Of a stretch of 64,000 nt of DNA, positions 52,040 to 64,000 are shown piece after piece (position 1 is the stretch's first letter; every line of letters starts with the position of its first letter). The DNA comes from Haliotis cracherodii. Taxonomy: Eukaryota. The notes under the pieces are model-generated. The model was not told where the DNA came from. It did no database searches and saw nothing but the letters and a program-made list of their open reading frames with translations. The stretch lies in the NCBI RefSeq assembly GCF_022045235.1, contig NW_027266266.1, positions 2,046,001 to 2,110,000 on the forward strand, written 5' to 3'. Position numbers and translations under genes: made by a program.

Positions 52040-52609
52040 CCTTCAGAATCAGGAATGAGGACATGGCCCATATAATTATTTAGGTCATGTAAAAGTAAAA
52101 AATAAACATGATGAAAACAAAACTAGTAATATGTTTTCACAAAAATTACTTCCTGAAACACTTGATATTATTTTCAAGGAACAAGGGTTATTGAGTTGAT
52201 ACAATGATAGTGGTATGCATGATACTGTTGACGTTGATATATCTACAGTGGCAAAGTTGTTAATATTATTTCATTATTAATCAAAGTAATAGCTACAATG
52301 TTATGATATTATTTTATAACGAAGTAGATGGAGACATGCAGACATTGTTAAAATTGAAACCCACAACGTTGTGAGTGCGTTTGTTATTTTTAACCATAAA
52401 CCATGCTTCTGTATGAGAGTTACCTCCCTAATGGTAATATGTTGACTCCTGAAACCTGATACGTCAATTATTCACACTGTCCAAAAGTGTTAATATCTCG
52501 CTACCATGAAACTTGCTCAACGTTAGAGCTAGACTGGTACCCTGCTCTTCGCCTCCTAGCGGCTACAGACGAGGAGCGCAAGCGCCCAAGGGCAGATAAA
52601 CCAGTCAAG

Positions 52610-52716
52610 GGCCCACTTGCACAAAGCGATCTTAGCGCTAAGATGATCGTAACTCCCATACTTTAACATAGGCTTACAATCGTCGTAGTGCTAAGATCGC
52701 TTTGTGCAAGTGGGTC
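52610..52716. mobile_element. Small PIF/Harbinger-like MITE
   Basis: TIR GGCCCACTTGCACAAAGCGATCTTAGC / GCTAAGATCGCTTTGTGCAAGTGGGTC, AAG on both flanks. Confidence 0.7.
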
Positions 52717-53091
52717 AAGGACAGAACGTGGCTCCTTGTTAGGATAGTTGCCGAATACCATAAACATGTTAAGTGTAATAATTTACCGTTAGGAATGTTT
52801 TAAAAAACATTTTCCTAATTATTGATGTATTTCGTACGTACGCATATCAGTATACACATGTGAGACAAAGGTAAAGTTTCTTTTAAAAGTTTGGTTACAT
52901 CTTTCCAGCTATTGCTCACCCCCATGTAATGATGTAATTTTCTCAAACCCATGGCAAATAAGGCCCTAATATACGTTTCAATTGGTCAACCTCGCCTTTT
53001 TCCGGAACCGTAAAGATGAGTTCTAATTTCAGCGTTTTCGACGACTTTTCCAATATTCTACAGACACAACACACACACACACACACACACA

Positions 53092-53123
<32 letters not shown>

Positions 53124-53921
53124 CACGCACACACACACGGGTATTTATGTCGTGTGTCAGGTTTGTATCATGGCATACGATGGACAGTTTCTGAAACTGG
53201 AACCCGCCTCGGGGAAATTGGCTGTCCCCAGCATGTTTTATTCAAATCGTCGTTCAACCACTTTGATTGTCTGTTAATTCAAGTCGCTTGAGTAAGTGGA
53301 GTGGGTTTTCGCGGCTTTTAGCAATATTCCAGCAATATCACTAGAAATGGGCTTCAGACGTCGTAACCATGAGGGGATAGAACCCGGCCCTTTGACGTGA
53401 CGAGGGAACGCAACTAGGCGACGCCGAAGTCGGCAATATTCCGTTGGTGCGGGTTCCGGGTAAGAATACAAATCCCCATCAAACTTTTCTTGTGGTAAGA
53501 GGCGACTAAATGCTCCGTGACTTGGTTGATTACATGTCATCGCATCCCAGTTGCGTGGTCCCATGCTCAGTCGCAGTGGTGGTCGGATTCCCCAGTAGTC
53601 ACTGAGGAGAGGGGTGGTGGAGGACTGAGGGGGGAAGGTGTTAGGTGAGGGGGTGGAGTTGGGATGAGGATGGTAGAGGACAGAGGTTGGGGTAGGGTGA
53701 GGGGGTGGGGGTGGGGGGGGGGGGGGGGGGGGGGTTGATTAAATAGCGTAGAGCCTCACATCTGTACATTCTTATGTCCTGGATGGAAAACAGATGTTGC
53801 CTCATCTTGTGGGAACTGACCACAGTTTAGTAAGTCATTGGATAGCTTCACTGGGTGATCAATGGTAGGATAAACTACAACAATAATGAATTCAATAGTA
53901 ACGTTATCTTCACCTGTACTC

Positions 53922-54201
53922 GGGGGCACGGGTGGCCCAGTCGTCTAAGGCGCCGCGATTCGCTGTGCAGAGTTGCGTCCCTTGGGCACGCCAGAAACCT
54001 ATGATTGTGGGTTCGAATCCCGGTTCGCCCCGATTATGTTTCTAGGTTTGTCAGCACCATACCCGTGCTTGTGGGTTTCACCGAAGTGGTAAACGTCTGA
54101 GACCTGCATCACTTCGGGTTTTCCTCCCACACTAAGCTGACACGCCGTGATATAACTGGAATACTGTTAAAAGCGGCGTAAAACCCAACTCACTCACTCA
54201 C
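53922..54201 (+). mobile_element. tRNA-derived SINE family B (~280 bp, V-domain-like centre), with TSD
   Basis: GGTGGCCCAGTCGTCTAAGGCGC head, GGTTCGAATCC B box, GTGGGTTTC...TTTCCTCCCAC centre, (ACTC)n tail, TSD TCACCTGTACTC; other copies 9734-9985, 15718-15990, 22365-22540, 32104-32390. Confidence 0.9.
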
Positions 54202-54831
54202 TCACCTGTACTCTTGTTGTTTCTTTAGTTATTTGTTACATTCAATAATTTCTTTAGATGAGATGGGATAATTTAATTTAATTTAATCGAATTGTGTGGA
54301 TAGATGCTGATGATGTCAATCACTGGATTGTCTGGTCCAGACACCATTGTGTACATACCGCCGTCATATAGCTGAAATATTGGCGTTAAACAACAAACCA
54401 ACCAACCTGGTGGGTCACATGTATGGGTTTGATAGGGACGTAGCTAGAGTCACTGTTAGTATGCCATTTCCTCTTTTTGGAAGGCAATGAAAATACAATA
54501 GTGCTTTTTTCTTCATTACTTTTGTCGATTCTTAGAGAATTCGGTTTTAGTGGTAATAGATATTCATTGTTGCGAGGTTAAGGTGGCAATTGACAATGAT
54601 GAGCCAGTTTAGTGGTTTAAAGTTGAAATTGGAACACTAGGGTGATCACGGACTTGTATAGGTCCGTGGTTTGATAACACTAGACTAACATTTAGTCCCT
54701 GAAATTAAGTCATCTTATATTTTAAAATGAGTCTACTCAAAACAAACAGAAAAAGTGTTGTTATATTATCTTAATGCAATATAATAAAATGGAGCCCAGA
54801 GACTCATCAGTAGTCTAGGATGCCTGCTAAT

Positions 54832-56252
54832 ATAGACTTGCGCGGGCTGTATTGGCTACATTGGTTTCAGGGTCTGTAGGACAAGGACTAGTCCTGCACG
54901 GTGACTGTGGAATTCATATTTTTTAGGTATTTTGTTTTTACTAAAAACTAGGCAAATCTAAACAGTAGATGAGGAAAGGTTCTTTTGAAGAAAAAAACAT
55001 GTTTAAAGACATGTTTTCATTGACTAAGTATAAGTCTAGACAAGGACACGCCCTCTTCCTAAACCCAGTATGTTGTGTAATTGGGAGCTCCCACAGCTGG
55101 CATTCATTAAGTATAGACAAGGGAGAGAGTGTTCCAGAGGTGTCAGTACTGGTCACCCGTGTATCAGCTGTAAACTGTAAACACACTGGACAGCACAAGA
55201 TTAACTGATAAAAACAAGTCAGAATCTTGCTTGTGGATCCTACAGATTTGGATACAGCGGAGACAAATTATGCTTGGCTCAGTTGGATTCAGTTCTTAAT
55301 TTATACTCTTGGGCCTGGGAGACAGGTTTGTCTAACACTATAAAATCAGTCTGGACAAGCAGTCCCACATCATCTAAGTGAATACACGTTGCTTTATAAG
55401 TGACACTATCCCTCAAGAACGGTACGAACTCTATCGCCGCCCCGCCATATTTGATATATATTTGTATCAGTGTCTGTAAGACAGACTAGTCCTTATGCAG
55501 GGGTGGGGGTTGGGGGTTGGGGGTGTTGTATCTTTAAGACTGATAACGGAGATCATATTACCAAGCAGAAACCACTGTGTAACAAAGTATCACGTACTAT
55601 GCTTGTCGTAAGAGGCGACTAACGGGATCGGGTGGTCAGGTTCGCTGTCTTGGTTGAAGCATGTCATCGTATCCCCACTTGTATCCCCATCGTATCCCCA
55701 AAAAAACATTTATTTGTTTGCACGTACTTCAAACAGTGTATAGTGCGCCTGACATGTACACACGATAACAAATGACTGAGTGTGTAANNNNNNNNNNNNN
55801 NNNNNNNNNNNNNNNNNNNNNNNNNNNNNNNNNNNNNNNNNNNNNNNNNNNNNNNNNNNNNNNNNNNNNNNNNNNNNNNNNNNNNNNNNNNNNNNNNNNN
55901 NNNNNNNNNNNNNNNNNNNNNNNNNNNNNNNNNNNNNNNNNNNNNNNNNNNNNNNATTATACATTTCAACGTATCTCTCTTTTGTACCACCGTTTTAAGA
56001 AAAGACAGAAATGTCAATGTTTCAAATGTGTATCTCCGGCACTCACACTTGACGATCATGTTATCACGTTGCAGAGAGTATCTCAATCCCGAGCTAACCG
56101 GACTCTATCACAGGTGGAAAGGAGGCGTCCGCGTTATCTTCCCGTACTGTCTGACCTCGCTCTGACAACACTTCGGTTACAACCAGTTCAGTAGTCTGTC
56201 TTACAGACCCTGATACAAATATATATCAAATACAACCCATGCAAGTCTATTA
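54832..56252. mobile_element. Cluster of three ~50-60 bp TAG-initiated transposon termini (54832-54890 -, 55440-55487 -, 56192-56252 +)
   Basis: TAGTCTGTCTTACAGACCCTGATACAAAT motif in both orientations. Confidence 0.55.
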
Positions 56253-57243
56253 TGTTTGGCAAGTGTAGATCACTGCATCAGTATCAGTAGATATCTCTAA
56301 GGCCTCCCACCGCATCTCCCAACCACCTCTTTACAGCGTGCAGCTCATCCTTGTTACCGCTTATAGATAAAAACCAAGCCTCGCTTTCACACAGGTTATG
56401 AAAAGAGTCAATGCTAGAAGCCCCCATAGTGACGTCACAACCCTAATCACAGGAAGTGTGAAATCCTGGGCGCTACACCTAGCTCATTTAAATCTTTTAA
56501 AAACAAATGCTACATTAAAAATGTTATGCTTTTGTAGCGACCATAATCCCGTGATGGGATTCGAACCACCTGACCAAAGATGTTAACCCCTTCAGCAAGC
56601 AGGCAAGGTAAGGATGTCATCTATGGGATGACTCCACGCCCTACTGCATACTCCCCAGTCAACAGAAGCCTCGTCCCGGGCCTCATAGTAGGGTATTGAG
56701 ACGTGCTCAGCCCCACGTTTGGCACCAATTGAGTCCTTCTGATTTGAGGTATGACGTCTAAACAAAACTGGCACCTTACTGACAGCATCACATTCCACTG
56801 AGAGATAGGCTACATTAATGTAATTACTGTATGGCAGCTTAACGCCGTTTGTTTAAATTTGTCTTGACTGGTATTTCCATTGAGAATCCAGTTTGTGTGT
56901 CCGGGGTCTGAACTGATTGTTTACAGGTTGTGGTGTTTGACGTTTGGTTCCATCTGTTCTGGATACAGTTTGTCAGTGCTATCACACTGAACAAACATTC
57001 GCGCATTTGAATCAGAACTGAAATCTGAAATATGTACTGGTTTGTTAGTTTAAACCGCCACTTTTTCCTCCAGGAGGGAACGGAAGGCCTGTCAACTTTG
57101 AGACAGAGCACAAGTCACTCATTTGACCTCTTAGGAGCAATTACACTCTTTATGTAAACAAATCACAATCACTTGTCTGATACGGATACTGTATTGCCAT
57201 AGTCAGCTACATGATGCCAAGAGTTTCATTACTATGTTATGCT

Positions 57244-57732
57244 TTACAAAATTTTGATTTTCCCCAAAGAAATTAATTCCGGTTTTTGAAAGAATATCAA
57301 TGATAATATATATACAAAGAGAAAAATAACAAAGTTAGTTCGCCACCACTTGTGTCCCATATATGGCTCATTTATCCTATTTGGGTATTTTGTTCGCACA
57401 AGTGTCAACACACATTCCGGCATTATTTGTCTGTGATGGAAGACAACATGCTCCCCATCACCCAGTCTGATCTTCTTTTGAACATATTCTGGTATTTTCC
57501 ACCCGTTACAGTTGTCAATTATTTTCAAGAATTTATAGTAGAGAGCCCTTCTGATGGTGCAGTTATTAGGGCTTGGAGGGAGCGCATGTCCCATCCATCT
57601 GGCTGTTCCGTTGTTGGTGGCTATACAGGGTTTGATAAAACAGTAGGGGCATGTGCCCTCCTCCATTCGATTGTCACCCTCGGGATCTGGCTGATTTGCA
57701 ATGTACTGTTCCCCGGGAAGAGGGGAGTCCAC
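57244..57732 (-). CDS. Intronless Cys-rich ORF resembling the P2X7 ballast/Zn-cluster (ZCD) domain, probably transposon-borne or pseudogenised
   Basis: CPYCFIKPCI...N..IRRALYYKF...R.IMPECVLTLVRTKYPN....YMGHKW matches the R..Y..F / R...P.CV...R..(F/Y)P...Y.G pattern. Confidence 0.6.
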   Translation of the reverse strand: MDSPLPGEQYIANQPDPEGDNRMEEGTCPYCFIKPCIATNNGTARWMGHALPPSPNNCTIRRALYYKFLKIIDNCNGWKIPEYVQKKIRLGDGEHVVFHHRQIMPECVLTLVRTKYPNRINEPYMGHKWWRTNFVIFLFVYILSLIFFQKPELISLGKIKIL

Positions 57733-59612
57733 TTGAATTTGTATACCTTACGTTTTGTAAATACATTTTTTGTTATTGTATATATAGTGGATGTAACTAT
57801 TCTATAAACGGACATGGTTTACAAGGAGCATTATTTCGTGATTAATGTATATAAGTCATTTGATTAGTAAATGCACTTTGACTGGATATATTCTTATTAT
57901 GCAGTAACTGTTTCATTATTATCAAATTTGTAGCCCACAGACCTGTTGTCCTGCGATGTTCCGTAGCAGCCATATGTACAATATGCATCAATAACACATA
58001 TTCACCACTAATGAACTGCGATATAATAGATTATATGGTCTCTGATGGTACACAAGTTGATTGTAGTCAGCTTCTATAATGTATTTGTATGACTTTGTGA
58101 TATTTGGCTCTGACTTGACCTGACATGAGATCATGCCACTATAGCCATCATATATATATATATAAATACATAGACATAATTTAGAAGTGAGATCTGCTTT
58201 GTTATATTTCAATTGTTTTAATATGTTATGCTGCCTTGGACCTGAGAATTGTCCGCAGTCCCCAGCTGAGAGGCAGAGGGCCACACGACCCCTTATCCAT
58301 AATTGTATGTGGCAGAGGAATGTAATGTTTAGAACATAAAGTGGGAAGCCGATTTGGGTGCTGAAAGGCTGTAACTGGCGGTTTAATTAGGAATCGTAAC
58401 CCTTCACGGCAGTCAAGGTTTTTAGTCACGTGACCTCTATCAGTAAAATAATTGGCTCTAACCTGTCGTCTGCTGTAGCAGAATATTGCTGTTACTGCCG
58501 TGGATGACTCCTGTTGGATTATACCTTGGCTATTGCATTTTTATGCTCAATCACGGCTAAACTGTGTGTTTCAACTGTTATTTTCTTGGCACTCCCTTGG
58601 AATACTATGTGTATTACTCACTGTTTATCAACACGCGACTTCCAACTTACACCACGGGAGATTTGTCAAGGAAGGTATGAACATATTGGAATTCTGACAC
58701 CTCTAACATGTCTAAAGCTAATGACTTTTCAAGTGGAAAATATCAAGAGTACATTTGTACCATATGGGCTAGTGTATGCATCAATATTATGGAGAACTTT
58801 AAAAGCTCATAGAATTTTGCATCTTGTGAATGTGTGTGCGTGAATGCCATCCAAAAAGCCAGGTACTTGCGGAGAAAACAGAAAAAAAACTTTGAATTAT
58901 GTTATTCCTCCTAAGAAGAAATGTAACCTATCGTATCAATATGGTAGCCCATATAGCCCCTGTCAGGTATGCACAGAAGGAAAAATTATCAAAGATGGTC
59001 CCGATCATGAAAAGAATGAACCTTATCACCCAGGTGAAAAGCATTAATACAGTGAATATATTTCGTCACATGTAAAACTAACAAAACACAGTTGTTTTAG
59101 TTAAAACCTCTGTTTATCCAGTTGACAGAGACGAGAGAGTGAATATGTCATCTGCTAGCAAACTATGTTTACTGTTTGTAGGTCACACTTGAGAACGAGG
59201 CTTGTTTTTTACGGGGAAAGTTTTCAATGACAAAATTTAGGCGAAGCTCCCTCACTGAAAGGTCACTCCTCATTATTCCGGAAAGAAAGATGAAATATGA
59301 AAATAATGTTTTTTCACACATCATAAAATGCAAAATGAGACACTCAAGTGTGCATAAAAACATGATATGATTACGACGATACACTCTTAACTTTTTTAGT
59401 TAATACCGACACTTTAACGAATTCTTTGTTAGACACATGTGCGCTAACAGTGAGTAAACTTTACATTTGTTTTCATATAGTCCCACTTTCTCTAAAAGCA
59501 CTACATGCTAAAATTATGTTTGTTCATAAATATACAACAAAAAACACAACCTACTGAAGAACAGTTTTAATATGATAAGATTAAGAAACTCGCCTGTCGC
59601 GCCTTTATTTCA

Positions 59613-59695
59613 GTCTAATTAAAATCAGACCCAAGATCTCCCTACCGCTTTATTTAGCGGTACCCAGAACTAAGATCTGATTTTAATGAGATTGA
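59613..59695. mobile_element. Minimal hairpin derivative of the 7911 MITE family
   Basis: TAAAATCAGA...TACCGCT / AGCGGTA...TCTGATTTTAATGAGATTG. Confidence 0.7.
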
Positions 59696-61049
59696 GGTTT
59701 ATTTATACTAGGCGCACGTGAATTGATAAGTTTGAATTTTCCACTCGAAATAATGTAAGCATTGACAAGTTGTAAACTGGCTATAGCTCCATTCTATTGT
59801 AATGAATATTATACACTGGAAGAGTGCTTAACCACTGTAAGTAAATTTTAAGAAAACATTAGTCATTACGTTATTGTTTTTACGAAATGGGCGTTTCGTA
59901 CGCCATAATTTTACGTCCTTTCGGGGTTGCTCGTACGTCTCAAGCTCTACACTAATATTGTATAAAGCCATTCGTTTTGAATTTTCTACATTTTTGAATT
60001 CACAATATTTTTCACTGTGGTTTGCATGAGAGTAAACGAGAGGAGAGTTACCTCCCTTGCTAGTCTCGGGTGCATTCTGGCGGGCTAAATGCTCGTGGTA
60101 TCAGATGGCACGAACATTTCTGCAAGAAGCACCTGGTATAGGGATGAAGTGAAACCATCACGCACGATGACAGTTGTTGCTACAGATTGTTTTGAAAATG
60201 ATGAACGTAAGTTGGCCAATTGCAAGCTGAAATAGAACTTCACTCCTGATATTAGTTGAGTTTTTGCTGGTGTAGATTTGTAAACATCGTGCATTTATGG
60301 GAATGACATTCAAAAGTTACACGTGATACATTAACCAGTTTGTTAACGATCGGATCATTTACGTCGGTGCGAAGGTTGGACTTTGTGTTGTCTCAGCATT
60401 AGCTGCACTTGTCTGCAAGTCAGTGGCAGTGTCAATGCACTTATTGCATAATCCAAGTGTTTTTTTCCTAATGCAATTCATGGACGGACGCCATTGTCCA
60501 TATTTGTCCAACTAGTCCGCAGTTCATTGAAAGACTTCCGCCCGTATCCCTCACCTCAGAAATATATACGATAACAAGGAATTAGATGCAATGCATGCCT
60601 TGGTGGGATGATACCAGCGGAAGTCTTTCCCGGTCGTGTCTATCGCTGCATTTTCAGTTATTATTGGTGATGTAGTTCGTAGAGTGGATCCCCAATGTGG
60701 CCCAGACTGTCTCAGATTTAGAAATCTTTTATGTTTGGGATCTTGGCAGTAGTGCACTTTACCGGGCGCACTTGTTAATTAGCTGATGCTCTACCACTGG
60801 ACCACGAGTGCTATCACATGTTATCACTGCTCGTTTAACGGGTCATTAGCACCCCATTAACATGCATGCGTAATCCAGTAAACAATGAATTGCACATGCA
60901 TGTGCCGTCACATCCACCATTGTATATGTCAACATAACTGACCAATCAGACTAATGGTATTAATACTTGAAAAAGTAAGAATTTATGGCTAAGCTAACCG
61001 TAATGACCGAAAAGGGGTGTTGGATCTTGAAGCGAGTGTCACCGGAGCG

Positions 61050-61943
61050 TAGGGCTTCCACGAGTCCAAATTTTTGGACTCAAGTACCCGAGGGGTGAAA
61101 CTCGACTAGTACTCGAGTACCCGAAAATAGGATGTCCTTTAAGAATATTGGTTCATTAGATCAAAATTGCCATCTAAAAGTATTAAAACATGTTATAAGA
61201 AAATTGAACTGCACTGAAATGTAAATAGAAAGCGTAAAACGGAACTTGTTTATCTGTCTAAGTGTATGGAAGTGTTCAGTGTTAATATTTGCTTGTAACT
61301 GCACTAATCTTAATCACGACCTTCAAAAACATTACGTCACGTCTACAAATACTACAATACATATTGAACACAAACCAATTTTTTTCTGACGATCAGCGTT
61401 TCATTCGACACCTGCCAACAAGCACGAACTATAATTCGCAGGAAGAAAATCGATAATGTCCATCACGTGACATAAACGCATACACATTACATACACGCTG
61501 GGCTGCAAGACTAAAGCCGCTAAATATGGAAATGTAGTACTATAAGTTCATTCATTAATGAGTTGGTCACGTTTTCAAACTGTACCAAACTGTCGACCTG
61601 TCGCTTGATTTGTAAGCACTGAAATAGCACATATATACCAGCTAATCAGTTGTTGATCTGTGTAAGGGAATACACTTGGCATTTGAGTTGGAGCAAAGAA
61701 GCAATAATTGCCTTGATACATTCAATTTCTTAAAGTCGGGAAGGAAAAACAATGATTACGTCTATTTTATGTGACATTCTCAATTGTTCTAATCTACATC
61801 TACTTTCTACAAAGAATACATTATTCAAACAATGTTAAAACAGAGTCATCTCCCCTTATCGAGTACTCGAGTCCTTGATAACGGACTCGAGTCCCACTAA
61901 AACCGACCCGGCCCCGAGTACTTGAGTACTTGTTGAAGCCCTA
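61050..61943. mobile_element. Non-autonomous hAT-like DNA element
   Basis: TAGGGCTTC...GAAGCCCTA termini, subterminal ACTCGAGT repeats, imperfect ~8-bp TSD. Confidence 0.7.
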
Positions 61944-62145
61944 CCGAGTGTGAGGCACGGTAACGGTATAGCGAGACAACGGTGGCACTATAGCGTGGTA
62001 TTTGAGTGGATGGTAGCGCTCGGGCTGCGACCAGTAAACTGCATAGTTGCCGGGATCTTATATATCATGATATATATATGTTATTACATTTGACTTAAGA
62101 GTATTGTCTATTTCCAGGAATATTGGATCAGCTGTTGTAGATGAT

Positions 62146-63031
62146 ATGAAAGCTAACCAGCAAACCATGAAGTCCTGCCCAAGAATTGCCAAAGCAGCGT
62201 ACATCAAGAAATATTTGATAAGGACAAGTGTTCACTCAAACTCCTGCACAAACACATTCTTAAATCACCATAATGAGAGTTATGGTTGCAACACACACTT
62301 GCGTAATTTGTATTACCAGGTACAAAGTATTATCAAACAACAAACATGGACTGAATATCCAAAGTATCACTGTAGAAATGATGGTTTTTCCTGTACATTT
62401 CAAGAGGCTGGAACTCAACCCAGAAATGTTCGAAGCTCCCATAGTAATTCAAACATGTCTTGTGATGATATCACCATCAGTCTTTGTCAATCAGACACAA
62501 GTCTGACGAGAGGTGTCTGTGATAATGATGGACATTTAGATTGTCAGTCTGATTATTTGCAGTTAAAGGGATCCACAGCTGCCAGAGTTCCTTTAAAGGA
62601 ACAGACTCTTTCCTTGTTCTTCCTGAAACAAACTTGCCATCCTACCTCCTTTACGTCGTGGTTAAAACCACATATATGTTCAGTGCCTTTGAGGAATATT
62701 TCCACACATCAGGGCTTACGCCACTCTAGTCTTTCACGAATATTTTATAACGGAACAAGTTTAAGTGCAATTACAAACCAAAGAAGTCGTGCATGGCGTT
62801 GTGCATCACCGACTGCCCGTCTACCTTATTATGTTCAATGTCGACATTTTACAAAGAACGTCAACTTTCTTGAAGAGGATGTTGTGACTACGTCCGAGAT
62901 TCAGAAGTTCTTGGCGGAGAGTGACATGAAGTTTGAACAAGGCTTCACTTGTTTCATCACAACCTGTCCTAAATTAAATAAGAAGAAAGGATCTTGTGCA
63001 ACAGATAAATTGTATATTAATATGACAACTG
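62146..63031 (+). CDS. TWNK: Twinkle mtDNA helicase-like gene, first coding exon (continues beyond window)
   Basis: SEIQKFLAESDMKFEQGFTCFITTCP...LYINMTTG resembles the Twinkle N-terminal zinc-binding-like domain; acceptor ttccag at 62117, donor G|gtaagt at 63032. Confidence 0.75.
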
Positions 63032-64000
63032 GTAAGTACATATGCTTACTTCTGTAGTACACTGGTGGCAATTGGGTAGCCCAGTGGTTAAAGCGTTTGT
63101 TCATCAAGCTGAAGGCCTGGGTTTGATTCCCCACATAGGTACAATGTATGAAGCCCATTGCTGGTGTCATCACAATGATGTTCCCGTGGCGTAAACCCCA
63201 ACTCTCACACACTCAACACCCAAGAGGTCTAATGCCCCTTAGTTTAATTGTGCAGAGTTCTCTTCCTTCGTGTTTCCACACTTGCAGATCTTGGTTTGGT
63301 TTGTTGTTAAACGCCGCACTCAGCAATATTCTAGCTATATGACGGCAGTCTGTAAATAACTTCTTTGAGTGGCATTTAGAAGTTGTCTTGATGAAGTAAG
63401 ACGAGTTCTATGCATGCACCAATTGTAATAAAGAAGTTGTTCATCCATAGAACTCGTCTGTAAATAATCAAGTCTGGACCAGACAATCCAGTGACAGACA
63501 TCATGAGCATCAATCCATGCAGTTGGGATTGATGACATGCATCAACCAAGTCAGCGAGTCTGACCACCCGATCCTGTTAGTTGCCTTTTACGGCAAGCAT
63601 GGTTTGCGGAAGACCTATTCTAACCTGGATCTTCACGGGTCTCCTGATCTTGTCTTGAGTATGAACCTTGGTGTGTCAGCACCACAGAACTCCTGGATGG
63701 TGAAGGTACACGAGTCATTTTGTGCTGTCCATCCACATTATGTTTTGTTTTAGGTGTTCAAAGCAGTGGTAAGCACATCTCAATCACTATATGGGTTGTT
63801 TAATTACTGGGTCCACATCAGCCTATATACCTGTATACTGTGAAGATCTGGGTTAGAATAGGTCTTGAGCAACCCATACCTGCTGTAAAAGGCGACTAAC
63901 GGGATCGGGTGGTCAGGCTTGCTGACCTGGTTGATGCATGTCATCATATACCAATTGCATACATCCAGTGATCATGTCAATCACTGGATTGTCTAGTCCA

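Noticed and set aside
53605-53735. G-rich tract as a regulatory G-quadruplex
   Set aside because: Low-complexity run with no linked promoter evidence; homopolymer length unreliable
58226-58429. LCSKHY as a THAP-domain motif
   Set aside because: No upstream CxxxxC, Pro/Trp or AVPTIF elements
58840-59045. Hydrophobic - strand stretch (FTWVIRFILFMIG...) as a membrane-protein relic
   Set aside because: Interrupted by a stop, AT-rich composition explains it, no family motif

Overview
Eukaryotic (metazoan, probably molluscan/gastropod - inferred, not proven) genomic DNA with three assembly gaps, GT-AG introns and dense repeats. Three host genes can be reconstructed by phase-consistent splicing: a hillarin/ltd-1/KY-like transglutaminase-fold gene (+, ~2363/3509-24160, catalytic triad substituted); an AADAC/NCEH1-like HSL-family esterase (-, 51359-33132, 5 exons, 415 aa); and the first coding exon of a Twinkle-like mtDNA helicase (+, 62146-63031). 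Intron 1 of the esterase is a tandem triplication of a ~4 kb unit, and each unit carries a compact 3-exon, 153-aa orphan gene. Other content: a standalone ORF resembling the P2X7 ballast/Zn-cluster domain; a ~4 kb 51-bp minisatellite with codon-like variation; three SINE-like families sharing one 3' tail, one of which begins with a covarying pseudoknot instead of a tRNA head (candidate new ribozyme/structured RNA); several MITEs; and a HINE-like insertion. No searches were run, so all family assignments are by motif recognition and repeat boundaries are approximate.
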